From an uncultured delta proteobacterium (lineage in GTDB: Bacteria; Desulfobacterota; Binatia; HRBIN30; BPIQ01), in assembly GCA_963761335.1 (NCBI GenBank), contig CAVXGR010000021.1, forward strand, positions 64,001 through 128,000: DNA of 64,000 bases. Reading direction: 5' to 3'. Of the stretch, positions 30,777 through 42,718 are shown piece after piece. Within the stretch, counting starts at the first letter, position 1. Each line of letters starts with the position of its first letter. Under the pieces are notes generated by a model, which was not told where the DNA came from, ran no database searches, and saw nothing but the letters and a program-made list of their open reading frames with translations. The translations under genes and the position numbers were made by a program.

Positions 30777-30907
30777 TTTCAAGCCCGGCGGCGTATCACA
30801 ATGGCTCCGCTCGCCCCAACCGGCGTCACAGCCGGGGGGACACCGGGGACAGCCGTTGACTCCCCAGGTCGATTTCATTAGCCTTAACATGCTCTCTACA
30901 AAACGGC

Positions 30908-31513
30908 ATGTCGCAAGAGCATCAACCGGAGCTGCAGGACGCGCGCGAGAAGATTCTCACCATCGCCTGCCGACTGTTTTCGCAGCAGGGGTACGAGAGC
31001 ACCTCGCTCTCCCAGGTCGCCAAGGAGGCCAAGGTCAGCAAGGCACTGATCTTCTGGCACTTCGACACCAAGGAGAAGCTCTTCGAGACGGCGCTGCGAA
31101 ATATACTGGAGCCCTACTTCATCAGCATGGACGAGCTCGAGGGGCTGGACGAGCAGACGCAGATCAGCTCTCTCATCGACGAGTTCTACGCCTTCGTTCG
31201 CGACAACGTCTACTCGGTCCGCTTCTTCCTGAGCCTCATGCTGCGCGACGAGAAGGAGCCCGGCGACATCCTCGCCCGCATCAGCCAGCTCCACGATCTG
31301 TTCCGCGACCTGATTGCCGACATCATCGAGCGCGGCCAGCGCAAGGGAACCTTCCGCGGCAGCGACTCACCGCGCCAGGACGCGACCCTGATCATGGCCA
31401 CGCTTGCCGGCATCCTGGTCCAACAGTTCATCAGCGACGACTATCGGGGCGATCAGAAGGCGATACTCGATCATCTGAAGAAGAGCGTCTTTCAACGCCT
31501 CGGAATCAGCTGA
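30908..31513 (+). CDS. TetR family regulator
   Basis: HTH KILTIACRLFSQQGYESTS…VSKALIFWHFDTKEKL. Confidence 0.9.
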   Translation: MSQEHQPELQDAREKILTIACRLFSQQGYESTSLSQVAKEAKVSKALIFWHFDTKEKLFETALRNILEPYFISMDELEGLDEQTQISSLIDEFYAFVRDNVYSVRFFLSLMLRDEKEPGDILARISQLHDLFRDLIADIIERGQRKGTFRGSDSPRQDATLIMATLAGILVQQFISDDYRGDQKAILDHLKKSVFQRLGIS

Positions 31514-31515
31514 GA

Positions 31516-31601
31516 TCAGTATCTCGGTGGATCAGTGTCTCGTACTCAGTATCTCAGTGTCTCGGTCATTTGAACTGAGCCACTGAGTTACTGAGCCACT
31601 G
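31516..31601. repeat. Inverted pair of 8-mer tandem repeat arrays
   Basis: (TCAGTNTC)n on the left and (ACTGAGNN)n on the right, between convergent genes. Confidence 0.7.
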
Positions 31602-31768
31602 CTTCTTCCGCCGCCACCGCGGGGCGCCCGAAGGCGCCCCGCGCCGGATGGATCCGGCCGCCACACCCCAACCGCCGAGAAAGCCGTCGCCTCACCACCG
31701 CACCACCCCGCGACCTTCTCTCTCAAACCGGATCACCACCTCGGAGCCCGAGGACTCGTGAGGCTCTG

Positions 31769-34498
<2,730 letters not shown>

Positions 34499-34506
34499 CG
34501 CCGCCC

Positions 34507-34560
34507 CTCCTCGATGTTGTGGTGTCCCGCTATATGCCCCACTATATCCTGTGGTGTCAA
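34507..34560 (-). promoter_or_regulatory. Tandem NrdR boxes and sigma70-type -35 of nrdJ
   Basis: CCACTATATCCTGTGG at 34539-34554, a degenerate box 32 bp away (34507-34522) overlapping the RBS, and TTGACA on the minus strand at 34555-34560. Confidence 0.8.
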
Positions 34561-34660
34561 GGGATTTCTTCATGAGCCCGATTGTAGGCGAAGAGTGGGC
34601 GAAATTCGAGACTCTCGGGCGCGGTTGTCGGGCCCGGGCGCGGGTGATAGGCCGGCGCCG

Positions 34661-35155
34661 ATGGCGAGACCAAAGGGACAGCTGTCGCGCGCCGGCGACA
34701 CTCTGGGAGGGGTGATGCGGCGCATCGATCCGGACCGCCGCATCGAGGTCTATCGCCTGTGGAGCTTCTGGGATGAGGTGGTCGGCGAGGGCATCGCGCG
34801 CCGCGCGCAGCCGCAGCGGATGCGCGATCGCGTTCTCGTCGTCGCCGTCTCCAGCCACACCTGGATGCAGGAGCTGCAGTTCTTGAAGGAGAACATTCGC
34901 GAGCGCCTCAACCAGCGCCTCGGCGCACCCCTGATCGAGGATCTGCGTCTGGTCTCGGGCAGTGTCAGGCAGCCGCCGGCGCGCAGCGAGGCGGCGGCGC
35001 CGCCGCCGGTCGCTGTCCCCGAGCTGCCGAAGACGGGATCCGCGGAGCTCGACGCGGCGCTGGCGCGGGTGGCGCACGCCTGCGCTCGCCGCCAGGCGGA
35101 GAGCCTGGCGGCGCGCAAGCCGAAGCCGAGAAAAGGGCGCCGGCGGTCCTCCTGA
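34661..35155 (+). CDS. DUF721 / DciA family protein
   Basis: WDEVVGEGIARRAQP…LVVAVSSHTWMQELQFLK…LN. Confidence 0.85.
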   Translation: MARPKGQLSRAGDTLGGVMRRIDPDRRIEVYRLWSFWDEVVGEGIARRAQPQRMRDRVLVVAVSSHTWMQELQFLKENIRERLNQRLGAPLIEDLRLVSGSVRQPPARSEAAAPPPVAVPELPKTGSAELDAALARVAHACARRQAESLAARKPKPRKGRRRSS

Positions 35156-35172
35156 GCGGCGCCGCCGCTCTC

Positions 35173-36078
35173 TCACTCCGGAAGCAGGGTTGCCAGGCCG
35201 CTCTGCAGGTCGTCGGGTCCGAGAGCGCGGGCTCCGGCGGCAACCAGGCGCGCGTTCTGCGCGCCCCACGAGACCACGGTCTTGCCGCGCGCCAGCATGT
35301 CGAGGCCGAGCTGCTCCATGTGGCCGCCGGAGCGCGCCTCGACGGCGATCACCAGGTCGGCGAGGGCCGCGATCAGCGCGTCGCGGCGGGCGCCGTTGGC
35401 GGGCGCCGCGTGGTTGTTCAGGCGAAATGGCGAGAGCACCAGGGTGCGGGTGCGGTCGAGGCGCAGGTGACCCGAGGTGAGGCCGAAGATGTCGCGCTCC
35501 GTCTCGTCGCCGAGAGCCGCGAACAGGCCGCGGTCGAGGATGATGACGCGCGGTGTCTGTGCGGCGCGCGCCGACGCTGCGGCAATGCGATGGCCGAGCT
35601 TCATGGCGCCGCTCACCACGGCGAAGCCGCCGAGCGCCGCTGCCTCGACGATCTGGCGGGTGGCCACCATGGCCCCGCTCGAGGGCAGACGGGAGTTGAG
35701 CACGGCCGCCGCCGGCGACTGCAGCAGCGCCGTGTCGCCGAGGGCGAAGACCACCGGCGGCGGCGCCTTGAGGTAGTGCTCCCACACGGCCGGATAGCCG
35801 TGCGCGCCAAGCAGGAGCGGGTGGCCGCCGTGCTCGATGAAGCGCTCGGCGAGCATACCGCAGCGGCGCTCGTACTGGTCGCGAAACAGCGTCAGGCAGG
35901 CGACCGCCTCCTCCGAGAGGCGATAGGGATCGCGGTAGACGGCCTCCGGCAGGCGGAAGAACTCCTCGAGCGCCCGGCCCTGGGCGCGGTTGATGGTGAG
36001 AACGCGTGCCAGCCCCCGCGGCCCGACGCGCGGCAGCTCGGAGAGCAGAACACAATGGTAAGCGGAGATCTTGTCCAT
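35173..36078 (-). CDS. Divergent DprA/Smf-like protein
   Basis: LPRVGP, YP..W…PPPVVFALGD..LL and RRDALIAALAD..IAVEA..GG. Confidence 0.7.
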   Translation of the reverse strand: MDKISAYHCVLLSELPRVGPRGLARVLTINRAQGRALEEFFRLPEAVYRDPYRLSEEAVACLTLFRDQYERRCGMLAERFIEHGGHPLLLGAHGYPAVWEHYLKAPPPVVFALGDTALLQSPAAAVLNSRLPSSGAMVATRQIVEAAALGGFAVVSGAMKLGHRIAAASARAAQTPRVIILDRGLFAALGDETERDIFGLTSGHLRLDRTRTLVLSPFRLNNHAAPANGARRDALIAALADLVIAVEARSGGHMEQLGLDMLARGKTVVSWGAQNARLVAAGARALGPDDLQSGLATLLPE

Positions 36079-36211
36079 GGCGACATCCTTGTCCGCGCCG
36101 CCGCCGAAAGGGCGGGGTGCTGAGCGTTTTTCACCATGGTGCTGGAACTCCGTCAAGGGCCGTTGTGGACCGGCGTCCGGCCAGGCGGGTCGAGTGAGGC
36201 GGGGCCATTGA

Positions 36212-36349
36212 CCGGTGCCGTCGTTCTCATTCTCGTTCCGTCGTCTTCAATTGTTCTGAGAGCCGGAAGAGCCCGCGGCGGTGGCGGCCGTGCTGCGCCG
36301 ATCAGAGAAATGGAAGACGACGGAACGAGAATGAGAACGACGGCACCGG
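36212..36349. repeat. Perfect 37-bp inverted repeat with ~6-mer periodic arms
   Basis: CCGGTGCCGTCGTTCTCATTCTCGTTCCGTCGTCTTC (36212-36248) and its exact reverse complement (36313-36349). Confidence 0.85.
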
Positions 36350-36374
36350 CGAATGCCCCGCAGCCCCGCCAAGA

Positions 36375-36453
36375 GTAGACGCGGCGTCCCGCCGCGTCAT
36401 GAGGAGGCGAGACGCCTCCTCTACTTTGTCATGAGGAGGCGAGACGCCTCCTC
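36375..36453. repeat. GTAG-type REP double hairpin, variant of family A, with a duplicated second hairpin
   Basis: GTAGACGCGGCGTCCCGCCGCGTC…GAGGAGGCGAGACGCCTCCTCTAC, then GAGGAGGCGAGACGCCTCCTC again. Confidence 0.75.
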
Positions 36454-36456
36454 TCT

Positions 36457-37197
36457 TTACGGATGGACCGTGACGTCGGTCATCAGCGTCGCCCAGCCGC
36501 GCCCGTTGAGGGCGAAGAGCAGGGCGCCGTACGGCTGCTGGCGGCGCAGCTCGGTGACCGAAGCGGGGTCGTGGAAGCAGCGCACGATGCCGAGAAGCTC
36601 GGCGTACGCCCATGACTTGCGGTGCGTCGACACGGCGACCGCCGCGTCTCCGGTCTTCTCGGCGGACATGGTGAGCACGTAGATGGCGGCGTCGGGCACG
36701 CGGGGCCAGTCGAGTTGCTGCTCGCCGCGGTCGAAGCTGATGCCGCCGGCGGCGTAGGTCGTCGGTCGCGAGGCCGGTGTGGCGACCAGAATCTCGGAGG
36801 CGAGCAGCTCGTCGTCGCGGTCGGCGATCACCAGGAGCCAGGCATCCTCGTCGCTCATCCCCGTGCGAAACTCGCCGAAGAGTCCGCCGTAGACGGGGCG
36901 TGCCTTCAGGTCGAGGTCGACGAACTGCGCCGCCGATTCGCACGGTCCCTCGCTCGGGTTGCAGCGCAGCAGGCGATAGCGGGTGGCGCCGGGAATCCAG
37001 GCGAAATCGACGCGCACCGGGATCTCGTCGTCGCCGTCGTAGCCCTTGGCGCCGCCCCATGCCCAGGCGAAGACGCCCTTGGTGATCACGGAGCGATACG
37101 GGCTGAGGTCCGGAGGCAGACCGCGCGTTGACGAGCAGCCGGCGCCGGCGGCCAGACAGAGGGCCAGCGCGAGGGGCCCGAGGCGAGAGCGAATCAT
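36457..37197 (-). CDS. Hypothetical lipoprotein
   Basis: Signal peptide ending in the lipobox-like AGAGC. Confidence 0.6.
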   Translation of the reverse strand: MIRSRLGPLALALCLAAGAGCSSTRGLPPDLSPYRSVITKGVFAWAWGGAKGYDGDDEIPVRVDFAWIPGATRYRLLRCNPSEGPCESAAQFVDLDLKARPVYGGLFGEFRTGMSDEDAWLLVIADRDDELLASEILVATPASRPTTYAAGGISFDRGEQQLDWPRVPDAAIYVLTMSAEKTGDAAVAVSTHRKSWAYAELLGIVRCFHDPASVTELRRQQPYGALLFALNGRGWATLMTDVTVHP

Positions 37198-38058
37198 TCA
37201 GCTGAAGAGGACCTTGGCCAGCTCGGACCGATAGCGGTCGGTCAACGGGTGGTCGGAGCCGAGGAGCGCGAAGAGGTCGAGCATTGCCTTGCGCCCCGCC
37301 TCGTCATCGTAGGCGCGGTCGCGGCGGACGACTTCGAGATAGCCCTGCAGCGCCTCCTCGTATTGCTTCGCCGCGGCCGCCGCCTGCGCCAGCGCCATGC
37401 GCGCCTCACAATCGTCGGGGTTCTGCTCGAGGCGCCGGCGCAGTGCCTCGCGGTCGACCGGAGCTCCTTGCCCGACGCGGATCTGCGCCGCCAGGCGGTC
37501 CGCCTGGTCGCGCCACGGGCCGGGATCGACGCGCTCCAGCAGCTCGAGGGCCTCGTCGCTCTCGCCGCGCTCGGCGAGGATGGTGGCAAGCTTCAGAAGG
37601 GCGCCGCCGTGGCGCGCATCACTGGCGAGCGCCTCCCGGCAGAGCGCCTCGGCCTCGGCGTGCTTCCCGGCGGCGAGCTTGTCTCCGGCCTGCGCCGCCA
37701 GCTCATCGGCGCGGCTCGGCAGCAGGCGCTGGATGAACTCGCGCACACCGCTCTCGGGTAGGGCGCCGACGAACTCGGCGGCGATCTGCCCATCGCGGAA
37801 GCCGAGAACCATCGGAATGCTCTGCACCCCGAACGCCTGGGAGAGCCCCGGGCTCTCATCGACGTTGACCTTGGCCAGCTCGAAGGCGCCGGCGTACTCC
37901 TCGGTGAGGCGCTCGAGCAGCGGCCCGAGCGTGCGGCAGGGGCCACACCACGGAGCCCACAGGTCCACCACCACCGGCACCTGACGGGAACGCTCGAGCA
38001 CGGCCGTCTCGAAGCTGTGGTCGGTGACCTCGTAGACGAGAGGGTTCATGGCGGGCAC
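37198..38058 (-). CDS. Thioredoxin-TPR chaperedoxin (YbbN/CnoX family)
   Basis: WAPWCGPC, TPR helices and the C-terminal YRSELAKVLF. Confidence 0.9.
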   Translation of the reverse strand: MPAMNPLVYEVTDHSFETAVLERSRQVPVVVDLWAPWCGPCRTLGPLLERLTEEYAGAFELAKVNVDESPGLSQAFGVQSIPMVLGFRDGQIAAEFVGALPESGVREFIQRLLPSRADELAAQAGDKLAAGKHAEAEALCREALASDARHGGALLKLATILAERGESDEALELLERVDPGPWRDQADRLAAQIRVGQGAPVDREALRRRLEQNPDDCEARMALAQAAAAAKQYEEALQGYLEVVRRDRAYDDEAGRKAMLDLFALLGSDHPLTDRYRSELAKVLFS

Positions 38059-38113
38059 GTGTGGCCTGTACCGAGGGCGCCGCGCCCTGTCAACGTCGCC
38101 GCGCCCGCCGCCG

Positions 38114-40264
38114 CTACTGGGGGGTGCAGACGGTGATCGGCGCGCTGGTAACGCCCGTAGGGCCTTGGTCGGTGGTCACCTGGAGTTCCACCGGTGCGGT
38201 GCAGGTGAACGGCCAGCGCACCACCAGCATCGTCGGCGTGACGGCGACGACGTCGGCGGGCGCGCCATCGATGCGCACGCAGTTGCCGCGCAGCGGCACA
38301 CAGCGATTGCGGAGGGTGACGTTGGCGCAGTCGGTCTCGCTGAAGTGGCCGTCGATGGCGTTGAAGCCGGAGCCGAAGATGCGCAGGAGCCCTCCCTGCT
38401 CGCCGCGGGTGGGCTCCACCCGGTCGAGTATCGGCGGCTGCAGCGAGCGGTGCGCCTGCGCCGGTACGACAGTGGTGAAGGCGCCGTGATCGGACAGGTC
38501 GTGCGCCAAGATGGCGTCGGTGTTGCAGCTCGTGCCGGTGCCGCAGTGCTCCCACTGGTTGTTGATGGCGCTCATCTGCAGACCGGTGGCATTGCGGAAG
38601 TTGTCGCCGCCGACGTTGTTCTGGGTGAAGGCGTTGTTGCCAGCGCTTCCCAGCGGTCCACCGCCGAAGTCGCCCACCGAGGTGTTGGTGATGATGGCGC
38701 CGTCGACGCCGTTACAGACGCTGGTGCTGCCCTCGACCACGGCAGTGGCGCCGTCTCCGCCGTCGTTGGCGATGCGGATGCCGGAGCTGGCGTTGACCGC
38801 GAAGTAGGAGTCCTCGACGCTCGCCAGCGAGCTGGCGCGTACCGAGATGCCGTTGGCGCCGTTGAAGCGCACGATGTTTCCCGCCGACTCCAGGTCCGAG
38901 AAGGCGCCGCTGCTGGTGTCGTCGGCGGGGCTGACGGAGAGACCGTTCTGCGCGGTGCTGCCGCGGTTGCGCTCGATCAGGTTGTCCGCTGCCTGCACGT
39001 GGCCGCCGAGCGTGCTCTGGATACCGCCGTTCTGGTTGTCGTGGATCCAGCTGCCCTCGATGCGGGCGTAGGCGCCGGTGGTGACCTTGACGCCCTTGTC
39101 GGCGGCGCCCGAGATGTCGCAGTCGCGGACGATGTTCACCGTGTCGTCGAACCCCTTGCCGGCGCCGCCGTCGATGCCGATGCCGTCGGCGCTGGTGGCG
39201 TTCTGGACGATGCAGTGCTCGACCACGTTGCCGTCGGCCGCCGCCCCGGTGATGCTGAGCACGTCGCGGTCGCCGCTGCCGGCGTTCCGCAGCTGCATGC
39301 CGACGATGTGGTTGCGGGCGCCGGTGATCGACAGGGCCGGGTTGCCGAGCATGGCGCCGCCGGCATCGATGATGCGATTGCCGGGAAGGCCGTCCTCGTC
39401 GAAGCCGTCGATGGTGACCTCGTCGGAGTCGATGGTCGGCAGCGCGAAGGCGAGCTCGATCGCGATGGGCGACCCCGAGGGAAAGGCGGCCGGCGCGAAC
39501 TGGATGAGCAGGGGCTTGGCGGCGCCGGCGGCGTCCTGCAGGGCCTTGCGCAGGGTGCCGTCGCCGGTGTTGGCCCTCTTTTGCACGGTGATGACCGTGG
39601 GAAACACGGTGAAGGCGAGGCGCGACGGGTCGGCGGCGGCGAGCAGCAGCGAGCGCCGGTACTGCTTCTGGCCGGTGTCGGGAGAGGTGACCTCGATGCT
39701 GTGTCGCCACGGTCCGGGAGCCAGGCCGGCGATCGGGCCGCAGCTGAAGCTGCCGCTGCCAGAGCAGCTCTGATGGTAGCTGGTTTCGCCGGCGCCGCCG
39801 GCGCAGCTTCCGCCGAGCGCCTGACCGCTGAGCACCACATTGACGCTGGCGGCGCCGCTGCGGTCGTCGATGTCGACCATCAGATCGGCGGTGGCGCTCG
39901 GGCAGGCCCGCGGGGTGCCCGTGGCGGTGGCCAGGGGCGTGGCGGTCGGCGTGGGCGTCGAGGTCGGCGTGCCGCTCTCGGTGGGTGTCCCCGTCGGTGT
40001 CGCCGTGCCGCCGCTGGCCACCGCGAGGGCGAGGGCGGGCAGGTCGGCCGCCGAGATGCGGCCATCGCCGTTGGGGTCGCAATCGGCAGCGCCGCTGCCG
40101 AAGATTGCCGGGACGATCTGCTCGACGGGCGGAGCTTGCCCCGGGCTGCAGGGTATGGGGCTCGCCGCGCCGGCGAGCCCCCAGGTGAGGGCGACCGCGG
40201 CCATCGACCAGAGCGCGCTGCGGGTGCAGCGCGACTCCTTCCTTTGCTGGCGTGGTCCTCGCAT
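38114..40264 (-). CDS. Secreted protein with dockerin/EF-hand-like motif, Pro/Thr linker, beta-helix and IPT-like domain
   Basis: DCDPNGDGRISAADL, a TPT linker, GDGTLRKAL and beta-helix repeats. Confidence 0.7.
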   Translation of the reverse strand: MRGPRQQRKESRCTRSALWSMAAVALTWGLAGAASPIPCSPGQAPPVEQIVPAIFGSGAADCDPNGDGRISAADLPALALAVASGGTATPTGTPTESGTPTSTPTPTATPLATATGTPRACPSATADLMVDIDDRSGAASVNVVLSGQALGGSCAGGAGETSYHQSCSGSGSFSCGPIAGLAPGPWRHSIEVTSPDTGQKQYRRSLLLAAADPSRLAFTVFPTVITVQKRANTGDGTLRKALQDAAGAAKPLLIQFAPAAFPSGSPIAIELAFALPTIDSDEVTIDGFDEDGLPGNRIIDAGGAMLGNPALSITGARNHIVGMQLRNAGSGDRDVLSITGAAADGNVVEHCIVQNATSADGIGIDGGAGKGFDDTVNIVRDCDISGAADKGVKVTTGAYARIEGSWIHDNQNGGIQSTLGGHVQAADNLIERNRGSTAQNGLSVSPADDTSSGAFSDLESAGNIVRFNGANGISVRASSLASVEDSYFAVNASSGIRIANDGGDGATAVVEGSTSVCNGVDGAIITNTSVGDFGGGPLGSAGNNAFTQNNVGGDNFRNATGLQMSAINNQWEHCGTGTSCNTDAILAHDLSDHGAFTTVVPAQAHRSLQPPILDRVEPTRGEQGGLLRIFGSGFNAIDGHFSETDCANVTLRNRCVPLRGNCVRIDGAPADVVAVTPTMLVVRWPFTCTAPVELQVTTDQGPTGVTSAPITVCTPQ

Positions 40265-40437
40265 CTGGGCCGCCCATCAAACCATCGGACGCCGAGGCGT
40301 TCAATCGCGGCGTCGCCGTGCGTCGGCCGAAGTTGCGCCGTCCCGATCATTCCTGCAAGCTGCGTTGCCGAGAGCGCGACGCCGATGCCCGACTGCCACA
40401 GCCTCGAATCGCCGGTGCCCGCCGTCGCCGTCACCTG

Positions 40438-41118
40438 ATGCACCTCGAGCCCCGCACCGTCGACATCGGCAGAAACGGCAGCGTCTCCGCCGTGGTCGGG
40501 TATCCGCCGCGCTTTCGCCCCGGAGAGGTGACCGCCGTGATCCTGGCGCACGGCGCCGGCAATGACATGAACAACCCGCTGCTGAGCGGTGTGCATCGGG
40601 GCCTCGCCGCCGCCGGGTTCGTGGCCGTGAAATTCAATTTTCCCTTCAAGGAGCGCGGCTCGCGCCTTCCCGATCGAGCGCCGGTTCTCGAGGACTGCTA
40701 CCGGCGGATGGTCGATGCCATCCGCGACGACTCGGCCATCCGTCCGCGCGCCCTCATCCTCGGCGGCAAGTCACTCGGCGGACGCATGGCGTCGCACCTG
40801 GCCGCCCAGGGGACGGAGTGCGACGGTCTCCTTTTTCTCGGCTATCCGCTGCACCCGCCGGGCCGTTCCGATCAGCTGCGCGCCGCGCATCTCCCGTCCA
40901 TTCGCGTGCCCATGCTGTTCTTTGCGGGCACGCGCGACACGCTCTGTGACCTCGAGCTGCTGCGCCGCGAGCTCGGCAAGCTGCACACCCCCTGCGCCCT
41001 GCACGTCGTCGAGGGCGGCGACCACTCCTTCAAGTTGCCCAAACGCCTCGGCCGCACCGAGGATCAGGTGGTCGGCGAGATCGTTGGGGCGAGCGCCGCG
41101 TGGCTGGCAGCCTTGTAG
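40438..41118 (+). CDS. Alpha/beta hydrolase
   Basis: LAHGAG, GGKSLGGR, LGYPLHPPG and GGDHSF motifs. Confidence 0.88.
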   Translation: MHLEPRTVDIGRNGSVSAVVGYPPRFRPGEVTAVILAHGAGNDMNNPLLSGVHRGLAAAGFVAVKFNFPFKERGSRLPDRAPVLEDCYRRMVDAIRDDSAIRPRALILGGKSLGGRMASHLAAQGTECDGLLFLGYPLHPPGRSDQLRAAHLPSIRVPMLFFAGTRDTLCDLELLRRELGKLHTPCALHVVEGGDHSFKLPKRLGRTEDQVVGEIVGASAAWLAAL

Positions 41119-41175
41119 TTGCTCGCTGGAGAATCGCGCGCGTCTCGAACCGTGAACCCAGAAGAGGAGCTAGCC

Positions 41176-41484
41176 ATGTCGGAAGAGAAGAAGGCGCCCG
41201 AGCACCAGATCTCGATCCAGATGGAGGGGCAGAGCGCCGTTGGCGTGTACGCCAACCTGATGATGATCAGTCACCGCAAGGAGGAGTTCGTCCTCGACTT
41301 CCTCTTCGTGCAGCCGCAGCGCTCGACGCAGGGGCAGGCGGTCGCCAATCTGCGCTCGCGGGTGATCACCTCGCCGGAGCACATGAAGCGCATCCTCAAG
41401 GCCATCGAGGAGAACATCCGCCGCTACGAGGAAGCCTTCGGGGCCATCGAGGAGTCCACCGACCTGCCCAAGGTCATGCACTGA
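41176..41484 (+). CDS. DUF3467 protein
   Basis: GVYAN…EFVLDF…RVITSPEHMKRIL…YE..FG.I; GAGGAG RBS. Confidence 0.85.
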   Translation: MSEEKKAPEHQISIQMEGQSAVGVYANLMMISHRKEEFVLDFLFVQPQRSTQGQAVANLRSRVITSPEHMKRILKAIEENIRRYEEAFGAIEESTDLPKVMH

Positions 41485-41501
41485 TCGAAGAGCGGGGGCT
41501 C

Positions 41502-41963
41502 TCAATCTCGCCGGCTGCGAAAGAAACGGCGCAGGAGCTCGGCGCAGATCTCCTCCTCGACGCCGCCGGTGACCTCGAGGCGGTGGTTCAGGCGCTCGTG
41601 GGCGCGCAGCGGATACACCGATCCGAGGGCGCCGGCCTTGGGGTCGCGGCAGCCGAACACCACCCGGCGCAGGCGCGCCTGCACGGCGGCGCCGACGCAG
41701 AGAATGCAGGGCTCGGCGGTGACGTAGAGGGTGGTGTCCAACAGCCGGTGGTTGCGCAGGCGGTGGGCGGCGGCGCGCAGCGCCACGACCTCAGCGTGCG
41801 CGGTCGGATCACAATCAGTGAGTGTGCGGTTGTGGCCGGCGGCCAGCTCGGTGCCGCCCCGCACCACCACCGCGCCGATCGGAACCTCCCCCAGGTCGGC
41901 GGCCGCTTCCGCTAGCCGCACGGCCACCTGCATCCAGCGCCGATCCTCCTCCGTCGCCCTCAT
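41502..41963 (-). CDS. tadA: tRNA adenosine(34) deaminase
   Basis: GEVPIGAVV, DPTAHAE, EPCILC, DPKAGA and LNHR motifs. Confidence 0.9.
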   Translation of the reverse strand: MRATEEDRRWMQVAVRLAEAAADLGEVPIGAVVVRGGTELAAGHNRTLTDCDPTAHAEVVALRAAAHRLRNHRLLDTTLYVTAEPCILCVGAAVQARLRRVVFGCRDPKAGALGSVYPLRAHERLNHRLEVTGGVEEEICAELLRRFFRSRRD

Positions 41964-42718
41964 CCAGGCTCCCTCCCGAGCAGCGAGCGCGCCGCCGGCG
42001 AGCGCGGCCTCTCCAGGACCTGCTCGGGCGTGCCGCTCTCGGCGATGAGGCCCTCGTCGAGGACCACGACGCGGTGCGCGACGCGGCGCGCGAAGGCGAT
42101 CTCGTGGGTCACGATCACCATCGTCTGTCCGGCGGCGGCGAGATCGGCGACCACCGCCAGCACCTCGCCGACCAGACGCTGGTCGAGAGCCGAGGTGGGC
42201 TCGTCGAGGAGCAGCACCAGCGGCTCCATCGCCAGGGCGCGGGCAATGGCGACGCGCTGCTGCTGGCCTCCGGAGAGGGTGTGCGGCATGGCCTCGGTGA
42301 AGCTCGACAGGCCCACCCGGGCCAGCAGCTCGCCGGCGCGCTGCCGCGCCGCCGCCGCGCCCATGCCCAGCACCCGCACCGGCGCCTCCATGACGTTGGC
42401 GATGGCGCTCAGATGCGGGAAGAGATGGAAGCTCTGGAACACCATGCCGACGCGGGTGCGCACCGCCCGCAGTGCCGCGGCGTGGGCCCGCTCGCTCATT
42501 CCCGGCCACAGGCGGTGGCCGGCGATCTCGACCTCGCCGGCATCGAACGGGGTCAGGTAGTTGAGAGCCCGCAGCAGCGTCGTCTTGCCGCTGCCCGAGG
42601 GACCGACCACGGCCACCACCTCACCGCGGCCGACGACGAGATCGATGCCGCGCAGCACGTGGCTCGGTCCCCGGCGGGTGTGCAGGCCGCTCGCCGTGAT
42701 GACCGGTGCGGCGCTCAT
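41960..42718 (-). CDS. Polar amino-acid ABC transporter ATP-binding protein
   Basis: GPSGSGKT, LSGGQQQR and DEPTSALD motifs. Confidence 0.92.
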   Translation of the reverse strand: MSAAPVITASGLHTRRGPSHVLRGIDLVVGRGEVVAVVGPSGSGKTTLLRALNYLTPFDAGEVEIAGHRLWPGMSERAHAAALRAVRTRVGMVFQSFHLFPHLSAIANVMEAPVRVLGMGAAAARQRAGELLARVGLSSFTEAMPHTLSGGQQQRVAIARALAMEPLVLLLDEPTSALDQRLVGEVLAVVADLAAAGQTMVIVTHEIAFARRVAHRVVVLDEGLIAESGTPEQVLERPRSPAARSLLGREPG

